IMG/VR virus record: IMGVR_UViG_3300012953_000001 | Location: 114,430-178,429 of that record | Reading direction: 5' to 3' (one strand) | Origin: a virus | DNA: 64,000 nucleotides | In this document: in pieces, positions 20,001 to 28,964 of the stretch | Numbering within the stretch: position 1 is the first letter of the stretch | Layout: each line of letters begins with the position of its first letter | Position numbers and translations under genes: made by a program | Notes under the pieces: model-generated | What the model was told of the DNA's origin: nothing | The model's database searches: none | What the model saw: the letters and a program-made list of their open reading frames with translations, nothing else

Positions 20001-20179
20001 AGTTCTTAAGATCTATTATCAAAAATAATCCAAACGGAGATGTCCTTGCTCTCTCCATGATGGAGGCGGCGAGAAATACCTCCGCCACAAAAGAAGAAAT
20101 CGCAATTCTCAAAGAAGCCGTAAGAGGAGAAATGCGTTCTGGGTCAATGTGGCCTAAAGGATTCTTCTCAAGCCTATGA
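19883..20179 (+). CDS. hypothetical protein overlapping the upstream gene
   Basis: AGGAGGAG SD before ATG 19883. Confidence 0.45.
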   Translation: MANRDLVRRGGMLQRNEQLAEGADHRSDEVPLPRPEFVLEFLRSIIKNNPNGDVLALSMMEAARNTSATKEEIAILKEAVRGEMRSGSMWPKGFFSSL

Positions 20180-20370
20180 GCCACCGACTCTGTTGGCAGG
20201 GCGGGTGTTCTCGCGCCAAGTCCTGTCAGCAGGGGCAGGATGGTGAAGGAACTACTTGCGAAATCCATAGTGCGTGGAGATCTGGCTTTATCGCTGGACT
20301 GATCGTTGGTGGTGCCCTTATCCTTGGCATCACTATTGGATTTGTGCTTGCGTGGGTATTGCATCCGTAA
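20176..20370 (+). CDS. small Cys-containing membrane protein
   Basis: Three-Cys/His N-terminus and C-terminal TM helix. Confidence 0.55.
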   Translation: MSHRLCWQGGCSRAKSCQQGQDGEGTTCEIHSAWRSGFIAGLIVGGALILGITIGFVLAWVLHP

Positions 20371-20379
20371 TTAAAGTGT

Positions 20380-20408
20380 GCAAAATATACACGCGTTTAT
20401 GGGATAAG
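20380..20408 (+). promoter_or_regulatory. phage promoter-like motif GCAAAA-N15-GGGATAAG
   Basis: About 20 nt upstream of the Y-like RNA1. Confidence 0.6.
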
Positions 20409-20428
20409 ATTATTGGAAGCTCTTAGTT

Positions 20429-20685
20429 AGATGCCGACTAGGATTACATCGAACATTAGTATCTTGGTTAACACCTTGCTAATTAAGAGTTTCTTTTTGA
20501 GCACGACTCGTCGTGTTCTTTCCACGTTCCGAATGCGTTTGAGGAGTACATCAAAGCAAGTAAAGACGGTAGTAACGCGACTCCTCTGGAGCGTACAAGC
20601 TACCTGACTTTTCAAACCAGAGGCTGAACCTTATGGCTAGGTCTCTATTTTAACTCTTCAAGCAAACCTTGTCGGAACATCTTTT
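20429..20685 (+). ncRNA. Y RNA-like structured RNA 1 (~255 nt)
   Basis: 5'/3' closing helix AGAUG-CCGAC-UAGG / CCUU-GUCGG-AA-CAUCU plus a U tract; inner helix UUGCU..UUAAGAGUU / AACUCUUCAAGCAA; internal hairpins; upstream of Ro60. Confidence 0.65.
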
Positions 20686-20756
20686 ATCGCTGCTGAATGC
20701 CGTACTGGATTACATAAGCAAAAAACGAATCTAGTACACCCCCTTGTCAGCAGCAT
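20686..20756 (+). ncRNA. Y RNA-like structured RNA 2 (~70 nt)
   Basis: GCUGCUGA/UCAGCAGC lower stem, GUACUGGAUU/AAUCUAGUAC upper stem, and CCUUGUC shared with RNA1. Confidence 0.6.
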
Positions 20757-20797
20757 CCTTAGAGCCTGAACTATTGTCACAATCAAAGGAGTTTCTC

Positions 20798-22390
20798 ATG
20801 AACCCAGCAATCTTCAACACTCACACCGTCGTCAACCGCAGCGCAGAAGCCCCGGCAACTAACACTACCAATGAGGCTGGTGGTGCTGCGTACGAGCTTG
20901 AGCCCAAGGCTCAGCTTGCACAGTACGTTTGTACTGGAACCCTCAACCAAACTTTCTACGCCCATGCTGGAACACAGCTGGAGAAAGTCATCGAGCTTTG
21001 CGAGAAGGTCGAGCCTGAGTTCATTGCTCAGTGCGCGGTCTACGCTCGCACCAAGGGCCACATGAAGGACATGCCTGCTTTGCTGCTAGGTATCTTGTCC
21101 ATCAGGGATACGGCTCTGTTCGCACAGATCTTTCCTCGTATCATTACGAATGGAAAGATGCTGCGGAACTTTGCTCAGGTGATCCGCTCCGGTTCTGTTG
21201 GTCGTAAGAGCTTCGGCTCTCGCGCCAAGAAGTGCATCCAGGAATGGCTTCGGTCAAGAACCCCAGAGCAGCTTCTTGTAGCTACTATTGGGAACAACCC
21301 GACGCTTGGTGACATCATCAAGATGGTCCACCCTAAGCCGGTGGACGAAGTGCAAAAGGCGATGTTCGCTTGGATCATTGGTAGGGACTTCAACATCGAA
21401 GTTCTCCCCCAAGGAATCCAAGAGTACATCTCCGGTACTCGGGTGACCGAACAGATGCTTCAGAACCTTCCTCACAGACTGCTTACAAAGTACGATCTGA
21501 CGACGGAAGACTGGCGCGTCATTGCACTAAATAGTGGGTGGACTGCTAAGCGAATGAATCTCAACTCGTTCGCGAAGCACGGCGTATTCTCCTCAGAGAT
21601 TGGAGACTGGACTGCTAAGGAATTGGCTTCCAGTATCCGAGATCCGAACGAGATTCGTCGGTCCAGATGCTTCCCCTACCAGTTGCTGACTACCTTTCAG
21701 AACGTGAACGATGATGTACCCACTGTCATCCGAAGCGCTCTTCAGGACGCCATGGAGGTGGCTATCGAGAATGTGCCAACCATTACTGGTAATATGGCGG
21801 TTCTCGTAGACACCTCTGGTTCTATGGGTAGTCCCGTAACTGGGTACCGAGCAGGGTCAACTACTTCGACGAGTTGCGTCGATGTGGCGGCACTGATTGC
21901 TTCGGCGTTCCTTCGTAAGAATGAAGACGGCTGCACAGTCGTCCCATTCGATACTAGGGTCCACCAAGCACGCCTCAATCCTCGCGATTCTGTGATGTCA
22001 AATGCACAGACTCTCGCGAACTTTGGTGGCGGCGGTACTGATGTATCTTGCGCCCTTCGGCACCTCAACCATGAGGGACATGAAGGTAAGTTGGTAGTCA
22101 TCATTTCGGACAACGAGAGTTGGATGAATGATGATCAGTACCGCTACTACAATAGCAGTACTTCTACAGCGCAGGAGTGGGAGCATTACAAAGAGCGCAA
22201 CCCTGGGGCTCGCCTCGTTTGTGTTGACATCGCACCGTACGGAAGCACTCAAGTGCCCACGGATAAGGATGTCCTCAACGTTGGTGGCTTCTCGGACTCT
22301 GTGTTTGACGTGATTGCGTCATTCGCAGGGGAGCGACCTCAATCAGATCATTGGGTATCAATGATTGAGGCTCAAGCTCAAGCCAATTAG
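20798..22390 (+). CDS. rsr: Ro60/TROVE-domain RNA-binding protein with vWA domain
   Basis: NEAGGAAY, YAR..GHMKDMP, MLRNF.Q.IRSG..GRKS.GS, MVHPKP and the VDTSGSM MIDAS motif; AAAGGAG SD before ATG 20798. Confidence 0.95.
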   Translation: MNPAIFNTHTVVNRSAEAPATNTTNEAGGAAYELEPKAQLAQYVCTGTLNQTFYAHAGTQLEKVIELCEKVEPEFIAQCAVYARTKGHMKDMPALLLGILSIRDTALFAQIFPRIITNGKMLRNFAQVIRSGSVGRKSFGSRAKKCIQEWLRSRTPEQLLVATIGNNPTLGDIIKMVHPKPVDEVQKAMFAWIIGRDFNIEVLPQGIQEYISGTRVTEQMLQNLPHRLLTKYDLTTEDWRVIALNSGWTAKRMNLNSFAKHGVFSSEIGDWTAKELASSIRDPNEIRRSRCFPYQLLTTFQNVNDDVPTVIRSALQDAMEVAIENVPTITGNMAVLVDTSGSMGSPVTGYRAGSTTSTSCVDVAALIASAFLRKNEDGCTVVPFDTRVHQARLNPRDSVMSNAQTLANFGGGGTDVSCALRHLNHEGHEGKLVVIISDNESWMNDDQYRYYNSSTSTAQEWEHYKERNPGARLVCVDIAPYGSTQVPTDKDVLNVGGFSDSVFDVIASFAGERPQSDHWVSMIEAQAQAN

Positions 22391-22403
22391 GCTTTTCCCA
22401 GGT

Positions 22404-22517
22404 TGCGCTCCCGTAAGGGGGGAGAGGGGTAGATTAGGCATCGGGCCTAACCCTCTCCTCCCATGCGGTTTCTTTTTAGTACTCCGGGTAGTCCGCTGAG
22501 CGGACTGCCTAAACCCC
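22404..22517 (+). terminator. compound structured 3' region/terminator after Ro60
   Basis: CCC-GUAA-GGG hairpin; GGAGAGGG/CCCUCUCC plus UUAGGC/GCCUAA hairpin with U tract; then GGUAGUCCGC/GCGGACUGCC hairpin. Confidence 0.6.
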
Positions 22518-22562
22518 CATTATTCTTACCTAGAGGAGGAAGCTATCGACAATAAATGGACG

Positions 22563-22964
22563 ATGACTATTACTGATGTCATCGATAATGAGCATAAATG
22601 CGTAATAGAAATAGAACTCGATGAAGACTTTGAAAAAGGTTTCATGGAGGTCAACCAGATCAAAAAGTGGAGTAACCCCAAATTCAAAGACTTCTTCAAA
22701 AAGGTCCTCTGGCGAACACTTATGTCGCTGGAAAAAGGTGGTTACGACACAATCTATGACAAGTACACGGGAAGGCCCGTAGGGAGCCTAAAGGACGTTG
22801 CGGTAGGCGATATCATTTCCTTTTGGAAGGAAAGCGGCGGTGAGCACACAAGAGTGATTGCAGATGTGCGCCGTGGGATATTTGTTACCGAGCCCCTCTG
22901 GGAAACAGATAAGTCCCTACGAGTTAAGCATGAAAATGTTACCCGAGTAGTGCGTAAACTATAG
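22563..22964 (+). CDS. hypothetical protein
   Basis: 133 aa. Confidence 0.6.
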   Translation: MTITDVIDNEHKCVIEIELDEDFEKGFMEVNQIKKWSNPKFKDFFKKVLWRTLMSLEKGGYDTIYDKYTGRPVGSLKDVAVGDIISFWKESGGEHTRVIADVRRGIFVTEPLWETDKSLRVKHENVTRVVRKL

Positions 22965-22988
22965 CAGTATCGAGTGGTGCCACGCGGC

Positions 22989-23339
22989 TCAAAAAAGTCC
23001 GTGGTGCCACTCTTTCCACATGATAAGCATGCCAAACAGATGCCAACATAGTACTAGACTGTAGATGGCTACCAGCCCAGAAATAGTCCACCTATACCTG
23101 TCTGCTATTTTTTTATCTATGAACAATAGGCAGGCCGAAACAATGGCCACCTTAGCTATCAGGAACAGATGAGGGCCTACACCATAGATGTAAGCCATGA
23201 TTGGGTTCATCTCCTCAACGCCAGCGCGGAGGAAATACAAGGTGATAACTCCATCTAAAAGGTTTAACGCATGTAGTATTGGTATCTTTAAATCAATACT
23301 AAAAAGATTAACCCAGACTCGGGATTTATTATCAAACAT
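22989..23339 (-). CDS. DUF5658-like membrane protein
   Basis: LNLLDGVITLYFL..GVEEMNPIM, multiple TM helices. Confidence 0.65.
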   Translation of the reverse strand: MFDNKSRVWVNLFSIDLKIPILHALNLLDGVITLYFLRAGVEEMNPIMAYIYGVGPHLFLIAKVAIVSACLLFIDKKIADRYRWTISGLVAIYSLVLCWHLFGMLIMWKEWHHGLF

Positions 23340-23340
23340 A

Positions 23341-23646
23341 TCAGGTCACCAATTTTAAGTCTGCTTTTCCATCTCTCCTAAGAGGAACCATCCCGTCGCT
23401 TAAAGCGCTCCTGTGGACCTCAATTTGTTCAATGCCATAGGGGTTTTCTTCGCCGTGATCTACCGCCACGCGCACATCTGGAAAGACACGCAAAATCGTG
23501 CCAGTAGCTCCCGCTAAAATACGTAGGCTTACGAGATTCCCGAATTGGCCATCCCCCACCTGTACCTCCTTAACGAAGCGAACTCTGGTGCCTTTCTCAA
23601 ACAAGTTTTGGGGCTCCTCCCCTTTTTTCCATATCTTTTCCGACAT
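23341..23646 (-). CDS. hypothetical protein (SH3/KOW-like, tentative)
   Basis: FEKGTRVRF..GATGTI..V pattern. Confidence 0.5.
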   Translation of the reverse strand: MSEKIWKKGEEPQNLFEKGTRVRFVKEVQVGDGQFGNLVSLRILAGATGTILRVFPDVRVAVDHGEENPYGIEQIEVHRSALSDGMVPLRRDGKADLKLVT

Positions 23647-23836
23647 TAAGTGCTCTTTCTATTAAGAGCCCCCTTCATGCCTAAATATTACATGTGTAAT
23701 AACGGTGTGAGGAATGCGCTAATATTTTATAAAAAAGGTGTTCTACGAAAAGCGGGAACCAGCGTGCATCTAGGCCATAATTTTTGGAATAAGAGCACTG
23801 CGGAAAAAAATAACCGCTAATATAAGGAGGAACATT

Positions 23837-24025
23837 ATGGCCAGCGTTGATTGGACAAAACTGTCCGTTGCTGAACTTCTTGACCCTAAGGGCCATGGGT
23901 ATACGATGTGTACCCACTGCACAGGGTATGGAAGCAGTTTGAAGGAATCTTCTTCTCGGTGTACCAAGTGCAAAGGTACAGGGTTAATTACCCAAGAAAA
24001 ACGGAGAAAGAAGAATGGTAGATAA
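23837..24025 (+). CDS. small zinc-finger protein (DnaJ-type CxxCxGxG)
   Basis: CTHCTGYG..CTKCKGTG; AAGGAGG SD. Confidence 0.7.
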   Translation: MASVDWTKLSVAELLDPKGHGYTMCTHCTGYGSSLKESSSRCTKCKGTGLITQEKRRKKNGR

Positions 24026-24554
24026 AGTAGCGGTATTCTCTACATCAGAGATATTCAGACATTGGTACCCCCGATTAGGACTACCGATTGTCGCTGAGAT
24101 CGAAACCGCCGATGGTAGAACATCTAAGTTTGCATCCACTGGCTCATTAGAAAAAGCTTTGGAGGACGACTACACCATCTATGTAGTGTCAACCAGAAGC
24201 ACTCTATCTGAGCACGATGAGTGGTGGTTAGAGCTTGTAGACCGAGAAAACGTGTACCTTGCCGACGCTAAATTTGAAGGTGTCGAACTTGGTGCCTGGG
24301 GCTACGAGGACGAGAACGTGGAAAAAGCAAATAGTGCTTGGATGAGGCTATACACCAAACTTGGTTTTGACTGGCCTAAAGATGGCCTTGATGGGTTTCT
24401 TGACGACTGCCCAGTGGCCCATTGGACTACTGCGCGGTCGGAGTTAAAGCTTAGGCATAGCATACGCTTGGGCAGAGACTTTGAGGTCCCGTCCCCTAGA
24501 CAACTAGAACTAAAACTACAAATGGATAACGGAGAAGATCATGAGCAACAATAA
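24015..24554 (+). CDS. hypothetical protein
   Basis: 179 aa, coupled overlap. Confidence 0.6.
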   Translation: MVDKVAVFSTSEIFRHWYPRLGLPIVAEIETADGRTSKFASTGSLEKALEDDYTIYVVSTRSTLSEHDEWWLELVDRENVYLADAKFEGVELGAWGYEDENVEKANSAWMRLYTKLGFDWPKDGLDGFLDDCPVAHWTTARSELKLRHSIRLGRDFEVPSPRQLELKLQMDNGEDHEQQ

Positions 24555-24732
24555 AATTGGAATCGGCGGAGACATCGACTACCTAAAAGACTTGGTTGAA
24601 AGATATGGTGGTGAAGCAGAGGTAAAAACTGTTTGGGAGGGAGAGAAGAAGCGCCTGTCAGCGGTTATTCCCCCGCTAGATATGCAGGTAAACGTACGTA
24701 GGAATCCAAACAAAACTTTGGATGATAAATAA
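24541..24732 (+). CDS. hypothetical protein
   Basis: 63 aa with GGAG SD. Confidence 0.55.
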   Translation: MSNNKIGIGGDIDYLKDLVERYGGEAEVKTVWEGEKKRLSAVIPPLDMQVNVRRNPNKTLDDK

Positions 24733-24798
24733 TGGCTAGGAAGGTCTACCTCCTAGGCAGTGGGTCTAATAAACTACTAATAACAGGAGGTGGTCTGT

Positions 24799-25239
24799 AT
24801 GCAGGAAGAGACAAAAAGCACGCTTTCAGACATCGAGAACTTTACTATGGCAACGGTAGCCCCATTCTTAGCGGCCTCTTTTGAAGGCCCTCTACAGTAT
24901 GGATACAAAGAGTTTGATAGCCCGGATAGAAACACCACTTACCTGATGTTCTGCCACAAAGACCGTGTTCTGTTTTACGGTATCGACACCCCAAAGAAGC
25001 AGTTTGTTTTCCCAATGTTATCCAAAGAGGCTGACTGGGACGTACTCCATGAGTTATTCTCGCCATGCTTGTTTGTTAAGAAAGGTATCTTCTCAGATAC
25101 AGAGCTTGAGAACCTTTGCTACGCAACAAGTGATGACGAGATTGATGAGTTGGAGTCCATTGAACCTGCTGATGGTGAGGCGGAGAACGACTTCTTTTTG
25201 CGTAACGCAATGTGGCTTCTAAACCCGGTAATTCACTAG
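24799..25239 (+). CDS. acidic hypothetical protein
   Basis: AGGAGG SD before ATG 24799. Confidence 0.6.
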   Translation: MQEETKSTLSDIENFTMATVAPFLAASFEGPLQYGYKEFDSPDRNTTYLMFCHKDRVLFYGIDTPKKQFVFPMLSKEADWDVLHELFSPCLFVKKGIFSDTELENLCYATSDDEIDELESIEPADGEAENDFFLRNAMWLLNPVIH

Positions 25240-25276
25240 TTCCCCCTTCCCAACATTCGGGCTAGAAGCCTTTATT

Positions 25277-25323
25277 AGGGCGGCTCTGTTTTGTGCAGAG
25301 TCGCCCTTCTTTTATGGCATAAG
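25277..25323 (+). terminator. intrinsic terminator overlapping promoter motif GCAGAG-N15-GGCATAAG
   Basis: 12-bp hairpin AGGGCGGCUCUG/CAGAGUCGCCCU plus UCUUUU; the upstream box of the motif lies in the 3' arm. Confidence 0.65.
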
Positions 25324-25345
25324 ACACTTGAAGGAGGATACTGCT

Positions 25346-25609
25346 ATGAATAAACCTATTAAATTCTCCACCTTCAAGATGATTGTGGACCTTAATGCGC
25401 TGCTATTATTTTCGGTGATACCTACTGTCGTCCTGCTACCTTTCTTTGGCTTTTCGTCAGGGACAACTTATGGAGTGGCGCTTGGTGGAGTCTTCTTACT
25501 CACGCTAATGAGTGATGAAGACTTCCGTATTGGGTATCAAGAAGGCGTTGAAGAGGAATACGAAGCCTATCTTGAGGAGGAGCAAGAAGCTCAGCCTAGT
25601 TCTGAATAG
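25346..25609 (+). CDS. small membrane protein with acidic tail
   Basis: AAGGAGG SD, two TM helices. Confidence 0.6.
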   Translation: MNKPIKFSTFKMIVDLNALLLFSVIPTVVLLPFFGFSSGTTYGVALGGVFLLTLMSDEDFRIGYQEGVEEEYEAYLEEEQEAQPSSE

Positions 25610-25631
25610 AAATGCTTACCTTCGCGGTAAG

Positions 25632-25706
25632 AAGTGGCGTCCCTTACAGGGGCGCTACTTTTTTACCTAAAAGAAAAGCGGGGCAACCAATAAAGGCTAC
25701 CCCGCT
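25632..25706. terminator. back-to-back intrinsic terminators for convergent genes
   Basis: Plus hairpin 25632-25660 with T tract; minus hairpin GCGGGG/CCCCGC at 25678-25705 preceded by AAAA. Confidence 0.7.
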
Positions 25707-25730
25707 AATCTTGGTTAGTGTGTGGGTTAC

Positions 25731-25799
25731 TTAGCTACAGCAGCATGACTCACTGCAACAAGGTTTCTCACACGCACATTTACAACAATCCTTATCCAT
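25731..25799 (-). CDS. 22-aa metallothionein-like peptide
   Basis: MDKDCCKCACEKPCCSESCCCS (9 Cys); AAGGAGG SD; followed by a terminator; below the ORF-track cutoff. Confidence 0.7.
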   Translation of the reverse strand: MDKDCCKCACEKPCCSESCCCS

Positions 25800-25815
25800 A
25801 ATCCCTCCTTAGTTA

Positions 25816-27483
25816 CTATCCAACAATGACCCAGCCTCTACCGGCACCAACGTAAACAAGCATCACAGAAGCCATTTTGAAATCGAGGGTAAGGTGTGGC
25901 TTACCTTCAACATGGAATCCCTGTGGATCTACGATTCGAACCTTGGCGTTCTCGGCAAGCCCGGTAGCCTTAACAGTGATTGCCATACCAATCAGGTCAT
26001 GACACCCGTTAGGATCCCCAAACATTCCACCTTCTTCGGCCTCACCGATAGTGGGCGTTGGGGGTGGTGTAACACTTTCGCCGCCACCCTCAGACAAGTG
26101 GCCTTCATACTCCGCCATCGCTGCTTTGTACTTATCCATTTCCGAATTGCTGAAGCTGAAACGTCCGAACTCATACATTGGGTGCCCCTCTGCGGGCAGA
26201 GTCAACGTAAAGGTTTCATCCTTACCAAGCTCATTAATGAGGAAGTTAGTACAAAAGCAGTCAGGACCCTCAAAGCTAATGTAGTGCCCACTCTCTTCAC
26301 CTGTGGTTTCTAAGATCTTCCAAGCATACAGCTGCTTACGCAGATGCTCATGGAGAAGACCTAACTCCATCCTCGCTGAAGAAACTTCCGACGAAGCGTA
26401 CTGTCGAAGATTCGAACTCATCTGTGGAAGAACTGAGTCGTAAAGATTGTCCCCAAACTCATTCTGCGCTTCGACGATCCCATCAATAGAGGCGGTGAAG
26501 GAGTCCTCCATTAGCTGATCAGCATTCTTATACCCCGCTTCGATATCAGCAACCGCACTATCGTTTTGGTTCTTGTAGCTGTTGAAATCAGACAGGTGCT
26601 GCTGAGCATCTTTACGATGCGAGTCTACCGTATCCCCAAGCGCACGAATCGCGCCCTCGTTGGCAACGATAGCCTCGCTCAGATCTTTATTGAAGTTCTC
26701 AATAATCGCCTGAAGACGACTCTCAGTGCTAGATAGCTCATCGGTAATCCTCTTACCAAGTAGCTCGTCCGCCGCAAGGCGAGCGTTTCTTTCACCAGCA
26801 ACAGCAGCTACACGAAGATTCCTCTCAGCGACAACAGCCTCTGAAGCTTCTGCTCGATCCGCTGCTCTCTCAGCGTCATAAGTCTCTTTCTGGACAACTG
26901 CGGCCCCAAGAAACTTAGCGACAGGAACAAACACACCTTGATCGTTTTTGATCTCGATCTGGTCTAGCTCGTCATTGTAGACACAAGTGCCCTCGCCACC
27001 ATCTTCGAACTCCCAAGAAGGAGTGCCCATCTCGTCAAGTCCAGTGATCCAGGCAATCTGGCCTTCTCTATTGTAAAGAGGGTCGCCCTCTTCGACAGCA
27101 GGGTCTGTCTTGACGATGAAGCGAGCACCTTCTTGAAGATCCTCTGGTGCAAGGTCAGCAGACTTACCTACCTGCCTTTTAACAGCATCTCGCCAAGTAA
27201 CCTGTAGGCTGGCAAGCTGTGCTCTAAGGCCAGCAGCCTCCTTCTCCAAGTTCTCAGCGAGAGTCTCGAATGCAGCTTCTGCGGCCTCTCTGACAGCGTC
27301 GTCGCCTGACTCAATAGCGGCCTGAAGCTCAGCTTTCTGATTCTCAAGATCAGATAGGATGCTCGCAACTGAGTTAGCATACTTACTATCTATTGCACCA
27401 AGCTCTGTCTGGTTGACCAACTGACCAACCTGACGTGCTGCGTGTTCAATAAGCTCCCACGCGGGTCTAATATTATGTGACAT
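25816..27483 (-). CDS. acidic coiled-coil protein with phage structural-type C-terminal domain
   Basis: 555 aa, long heptad regions; C-terminal LTLD..ASVMLVYV..GW motif seen in phage fibre/structural proteins. Confidence 0.55.
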   Translation of the reverse strand: MSHNIRPAWELIEHAARQVGQLVNQTELGAIDSKYANSVASILSDLENQKAELQAAIESGDDAVREAAEAAFETLAENLEKEAAGLRAQLASLQVTWRDAVKRQVGKSADLAPEDLQEGARFIVKTDPAVEEGDPLYNREGQIAWITGLDEMGTPSWEFEDGGEGTCVYNDELDQIEIKNDQGVFVPVAKFLGAAVVQKETYDAERAADRAEASEAVVAERNLRVAAVAGERNARLAADELLGKRITDELSSTESRLQAIIENFNKDLSEAIVANEGAIRALGDTVDSHRKDAQQHLSDFNSYKNQNDSAVADIEAGYKNADQLMEDSFTASIDGIVEAQNEFGDNLYDSVLPQMSSNLRQYASSEVSSARMELGLLHEHLRKQLYAWKILETTGEESGHYISFEGPDCFCTNFLINELGKDETFTLTLPAEGHPMYEFGRFSFSNSEMDKYKAAMAEYEGHLSEGGGESVTPPPTPTIGEAEEGGMFGDPNGCHDLIGMAITVKATGLAENAKVRIVDPQGFHVEGKPHLTLDFKMASVMLVYVGAGRGWVIVG

Positions 27484-27689
27484 GATTCGCCCTCCTTTGT
27501 TTATAGCTCTACATCACTATAGTCAGCCAGCTCCCAAAAAACTCATTGAATTCAGAAGACTGGACTGGCCTATGTACAGATAATAGTCACCTCGTAACAC
27601 GAGTAGAATGGGTTTATGAAATTTATTTTTACGGCTACCCATTCAGGTCGCTAACAGCATATCTCAAAATAATACGGTGCCGAAGTCCT

Positions 27690-27718
27690 GCAAACTAAAC
27701 TAAATTTTTAGGCATAAG
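27690..27718 (+). promoter_or_regulatory. phage promoter-like motif GCAAAC-N15-GGCATAAG
   Basis: Upstream of the phosphatase. Confidence 0.6.
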
Positions 27719-27765
27719 AGTATTGGTAAGAAGTGTCGCCAACTAATATTTTTAAGGAGTTGATT

Positions 27766-28539
27766 ATGGCAACAGTTATTATTGGTGATGTACATGGGTG
27801 CGTCGAGGAGCTTAACCAACTTCTAGAAAAGGTTTACGATAACGTAGACGCTGTGGACGAATTTATTTTCGCAGGCGATCTCGTAGATAAGGGCCCAGGC
27901 TCTGTCGCAGTCCTTCGGTACGTCAAGGCTCTAAGTGCTCTCCACAATGTAACTATTGTGGAGGGCAACCATGAGAACAAAAACTTCAGGTTTTGGAAGA
28001 AGGTTGAGGCGGGTGATCATGAGCGTGCCATGAGTATGAAGAACTCTTCGGAGCTTTCTAAGATCATGGAGAAGGCAGACACCCCGCTCAGAAACTGGCT
28101 GCGTGACAAGGTCGTCCCTTATGCAGTCCGTCCAATGCTTGGGGTGGTCGTTGTTCATGGAGGAATCACCCCATCGGTTGAAGACCTCCCCACGGACTAC
28201 ACCTTGCTTGGGGGTAAAAACAAGAAGCGGGTACTACGCAGCATGTATATCCGTTATATTGACGACGAGGGAGTAATGATTCCTTTCGGTAAGGAGCGAT
28301 CTGGAGACAAGTTCTGGGCTGAAAAATATGATGGTCGCTTTGGCCACGTATACTTCGGACACCAGCCTTGGATGAAAGACGGGCCTGAGTACTTTGAGTT
28401 TGCTACGGGAATCGATCTCGGCTGCGTCCATGGGGGCTACCTCTGCGCAGCCGTTGTTCGAGGACCACTGCTTGCTCATAGGGAATTCGTTACAGTCCGT
28501 GCGGGCAAGGAGTACTGCCCTCCCCTCTTGTTGGACTAA
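27766..28539 (+). CDS. calcineurin-like metallophosphoesterase (PrpA/ApaH/PNKP-phosphatase-like)
   Basis: GDVHG, GDLVDKG, GNHE, HGG, FGH and IDLGCVHGG motifs. Confidence 0.9.
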   Translation: MATVIIGDVHGCVEELNQLLEKVYDNVDAVDEFIFAGDLVDKGPGSVAVLRYVKALSALHNVTIVEGNHENKNFRFWKKVEAGDHERAMSMKNSSELSKIMEKADTPLRNWLRDKVVPYAVRPMLGVVVVHGGITPSVEDLPTDYTLLGGKNKKRVLRSMYIRYIDDEGVMIPFGKERSGDKFWAEKYDGRFGHVYFGHQPWMKDGPEYFEFATGIDLGCVHGGYLCAAVVRGPLLAHREFVTVRAGKEYCPPLLLD

Positions 28540-28577
28540 CCTCCCCTCCCCGCCCAAGGCCCGTCCGGGCAAACTTA

Positions 28578-28616
28578 GGGGCCGCTACACTATTTGGTGT
28601 GGCGGTCCCTTCTTTT
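28578..28616 (+). terminator. intrinsic terminator
   Basis: GGGCCGCUACAC/GUGUGGCGGUCC hairpin plus UUCUUUU. Confidence 0.7.
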
Positions 28617-28663
28617 ACCTATTACTCGCCTTCTTTAAATATGATCAGTAATATAATATTAAT

Positions 28664-28885
28664 ATGTTACCGTTCTATTTCAAAAAGAGCCCAAAGATGC
28701 CTAAAAAAGAAAACGGCCCCGTACCCCAAAAAACTCTAACAAAGTCAGAGGTTGAGGGGTGGCTCCGCAAGGCGAGCGTTCGAGAGTTAAATATTTTCGT
28801 AGACAAAAACGCCATCATCGTATGGCTTTGTCGTGCGTTATTAAGTGCTTGGAATGACTCGGATTCTTATAAAGGCAACCCCTGA
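28664..28885 (+). CDS. hypothetical protein
   Basis: 73 aa. Confidence 0.45.
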   Translation: MLPFYFKKSPKMPKKENGPVPQKTLTKSEVEGWLRKASVRELNIFVDKNAIIVWLCRALLSAWNDSDSYKGNP

Positions 28886-28893
28886 CAATCTTT

Positions 28894-28922
28894 GCAAAAT
28901 GTAGTAGCTCCATGGGTATAAG
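28894..28922 (+). promoter_or_regulatory. phage promoter-like motif GCAAAA-N15-GGTATAAG
   Basis: Upstream of 28965. Confidence 0.6.
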
Positions 28923-28964
28923 AATTGTGCATGAAGCACACTTAATTTCCTAAGGAGGGAAGAC

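Noticed and set aside
24732-24884. 50-aa ORF coupled to the upstream stop
   Set aside because: It overlaps the better-supported 24799 gene and provides that gene's SD; no independent support.
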